This document shows positions 62,276-64,000 of a DNA stretch of 64,000 nucleotides, piece by piece; within the stretch, counting starts at the first letter, position 1, and every line of letters begins with the position of its first letter. This DNA comes from Leptolyngbyaceae cyanobacterium (lineage in GTDB: Bacteria > Cyanobacteriota > Cyanobacteriia > Phormidesmidales > Phormidesmidaceae), in the NCBI GenBank assembly GCA_050331235.1, contig JBHJHA010000011.1, positions 64,001-128,000 on the forward strand, written 5' to 3'. Under the pieces are notes generated by a model. The model saw nothing but the letters and a program-made list of their open reading frames with translations. It searched no databases and was not told the origin of the DNA. The translations under genes and the position numbers were made by a program.

Positions 62276-63055
62276 TCACCGCTGAATCAACACAAAGATT
62301 GCGACTGCCAGCACAAAATAGCCAAACCCTTTCTCAAGCTGCTTGGCACTAACAAATCGATTCAAATAAGATCCCACCAAAATTCCTAAACAAGCGGCGG
62401 CGGCAAAGGGAAGCAGTAAGCCCCAATCAATCGGCACGTGACCAAAATATCCAGCAAATCCGGTCACAGATTTGAGGGTGAGAATAATCAGTGATGTTCC
62501 CACAGCCTCTTTCATTGGGGTTTTGCCCAACAACACCAGCGCCGGAATAACGAGAAAGCCACCACCAATGCCAATAAATCCGGTGAGTACCCCTACAACT
62601 AAGCCTTCTACTGGAATAGCCAACCATTTTGGCACGATGGCGTGCTGATCATGAGGCTCAACCTTCTCTGAAAGGGCTTCAGATTTTCCGGAGCCTTTGC
62701 GAATCATCATGACCGAGGCGACCAGCATCATGATGCCAAAGGTGACAAGCTGAATCGTTGGGGTAACAAACGGGAACGATGCGAGCCTTGCTCCCAGATA
62801 GGCACCAACCATGGCAGCCGGGGCAAACATCGCAACAATACCGAAATTGACATTACCCTGCCGCCAGTGGGGAATGGCTCCAATCAAACTGGCTACCCCA
62901 ACGATTACCAGCGTCATGGCGAACGCTGATTTGGCAGGTACTGCCATGATGTAAATCAGCACGGGTGCAGCCAGGATCGAACCGCCACCGCCAATAAGTC
63001 CGAGACTGATTCCAATACAAACAGCCAGCAAATACCCAACAACGGTGATTAACAT
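62276..63055 (-). CDS. TauE/SafE (TSUP) sulfite exporter family protein
   Basis: GLIGGGGSIL..P and GFIGIGGGFLVIPAL repeats, AVGTSL; start set at MLITVVG. Confidence 0.92.
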   Translation of the reverse strand: MLITVVGYLLAVCIGISLGLIGGGGSILAAPVLIYIMAVPAKSAFAMTLVIVGVASLIGAIPHWRQGNVNFGIVAMFAPAAMVGAYLGARLASFPFVTPTIQLVTFGIMMLVASVMMIRKGSGKSEALSEKVEPHDQHAIVPKWLAIPVEGLVVGVLTGFIGIGGGFLVIPALVLLGKTPMKEAVGTSLIILTLKSVTGFAGYFGHVPIDWGLLLPFAAAACLGILVGSYLNRFVSAKQLEKGFGYFVLAVAIFVLIQR

Positions 63056-63208
63056 AGGCTGACATTTCCCAATTAGGGTTAAACGTGGCGATCGCGGCAT
63101 TCGTGGCATGACCAAGGGCATGATTTGCATCACCCAACTGCCATTTCGAAAAAGACACTAAGGTTCGCAAAAAATAGGACGTTCCCAAGAATGTCCTTCC
63201 AGATCGAC

Positions 63209-63778
63209 CTATTGGTTCCAGGGCATCTGAGCTAACAGCATCCCCAAAGCGCAGGTATCAGTAATCCCAGCAAAGACCAGGCCAACACCGACAAAGCCGC
63301 TAAGCAGCAAGAACCAAGGCGATATGAGCGCCCCTAAAATAGTGCCAATCACCACAAATGAACCCGCAACAATTTGTACCTGGCGGAATATACTAATGGG
63401 CGCGTTCTTGCCGGTTTGGGTAGGATAGTTTGCTGCTTCCCAAGCCAGTAATCCGCCTTCTAAATGCGTGACGTTTGAGACTCCCGCCTTGAATAGTTTC
63501 TGGGCGGCCTGAGTAGAGCGAGAGCCAGTTCGACAGTACAAAACAGTCGATTTATCAGCGTCAAAAGGAACACTGTCTGGGTCAAATTTTGACAGTGGCA
63601 TTGGTATCGAACCTGGAATCTTTTTGCCGGCATGCTCAACGGACTCACGCACATCCACTAAATTGACGGATTGCTGATCGAGCCGTTTATTCAGATCTAC
63701 CGGACTCATTTCATACAATTCCTGCTGCCCCACCCAAGGCGATAACGGGCTCGGGTCTGCTTTACTCACACGGGTCAT
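63209..63778 (-). CDS. Rhodanese + DUF2892 membrane sulfurtransferase (YgaP-like)
   Basis: DVRE, YCRTGSRS, LEGGLLAW; RQVQIVAG...FAGITDTC..GMLL..MPWN. Confidence 0.9.
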   Translation of the reverse strand: MTRVSKADPSPLSPWVGQQELYEMSPVDLNKRLDQQSVNLVDVRESVEHAGKKIPGSIPMPLSKFDPDSVPFDADKSTVLYCRTGSRSTQAAQKLFKAGVSNVTHLEGGLLAWEAANYPTQTGKNAPISIFRQVQIVAGSFVVIGTILGALISPWFLLLSGFVGVGLVFAGITDTCALGMLLAQMPWNQ

Positions 63779-63824
63779 TCTCGTCTCCTCATCTAAGTAC
63801 TTGCTAAGAATGAATTGTTGGCAT

Positions 63825-64000
63825 CTAGCTCGTCACAGGTACGCTGCCGCATCGCTCATTAGCCGGAACTGCTTCCATGATCTTCTTTGGATCTGGCAGG
63901 TCCAAATTTTCCATAAACTCAATGAACTGATCACGCGTCCGCCCCGCAAAGCGAGGATTCCACGCCTTTTCTTCGGCAATAGTGGATACGCTATGTCCTC
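63825..64000 (-). CDS. ETHE1-type persulfide dioxygenase, C-terminal part (start outside window)
   Basis: Not in ORF track. Manual translation GHSVSTIAEEKAWNPRFAGRTRDQFIEFMENLDLPDPKKIMEAVPANERCG, a typical type-I PDO tail. Confidence 0.85.
   Translation of the reverse strand, partial: GHSVSTIAEEKAWNPRFAGRTRDQFIEFMENLDLPDPKKIMEAVPANERCGSVPVTS

Larger units (their letters stand above)
1..64000. repeat. HIP1 (highly iterated palindrome GCGATCGC) dispersed through the window
   Basis: Many copies, e.g. 770-777, 19232-19239, 60661-60668; a hallmark of cyanobacterial genomes. Confidence 0.95.

Noticed and set aside
1..64000. CRISPR arrays, tRNA/rRNA genes, prophage or integrase
   Set aside because: No regularly spaced repeats, tRNA T-loop signatures or phage/integrase ORFs seen on manual reading

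Overview
This is a chromosomal window from a cyanobacterium. The evidence is dense HIP1 octamers (GCGATCGC) plus cp12, psb28, nblA, nblS/hik33, flv3 and acsF; a filamentous Leptolyngbyaceae-like host is an impression only. From left to right it holds: the 5' end of a wzc/GumC-like EPS gene; a divergent cluster that reads as glycine-betaine catabolism (serine dehydratase, dimethylglycine oxidase, Rieske oxygenase with no linked reductase, BCCT transporter, monomeric sarcosine oxidase, GntR regulator) with candidate GntR operators and an NtcA-like promoter; the rpmH-rnpA-PH-yidC-jag-yceD-ycf46 core operon; pntAB behind a long structured leader; housekeeping and photosynthesis genes (flv3, cp12, acs, psb28-2, rppA-like, probable atpT, carB, nblS, nblA, usp); a NACHT-GUN4 gene beside a RAYT transposase with a REP palindrome inside its own coding sequence; a putative low-oxygen locus (ChlAII-type acsF divergent from a FabX/UfaA-like flavo-Fe-S enzyme, an NrdG-like radical SAM protein and a Nudix protein); and a persulfide-detoxification cluster running off the right end. 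I saw no rRNA, tRNA or CRISPR array. All family calls come from motif recognition by eye, not database searches, and start codons were adjusted by hand where noted.
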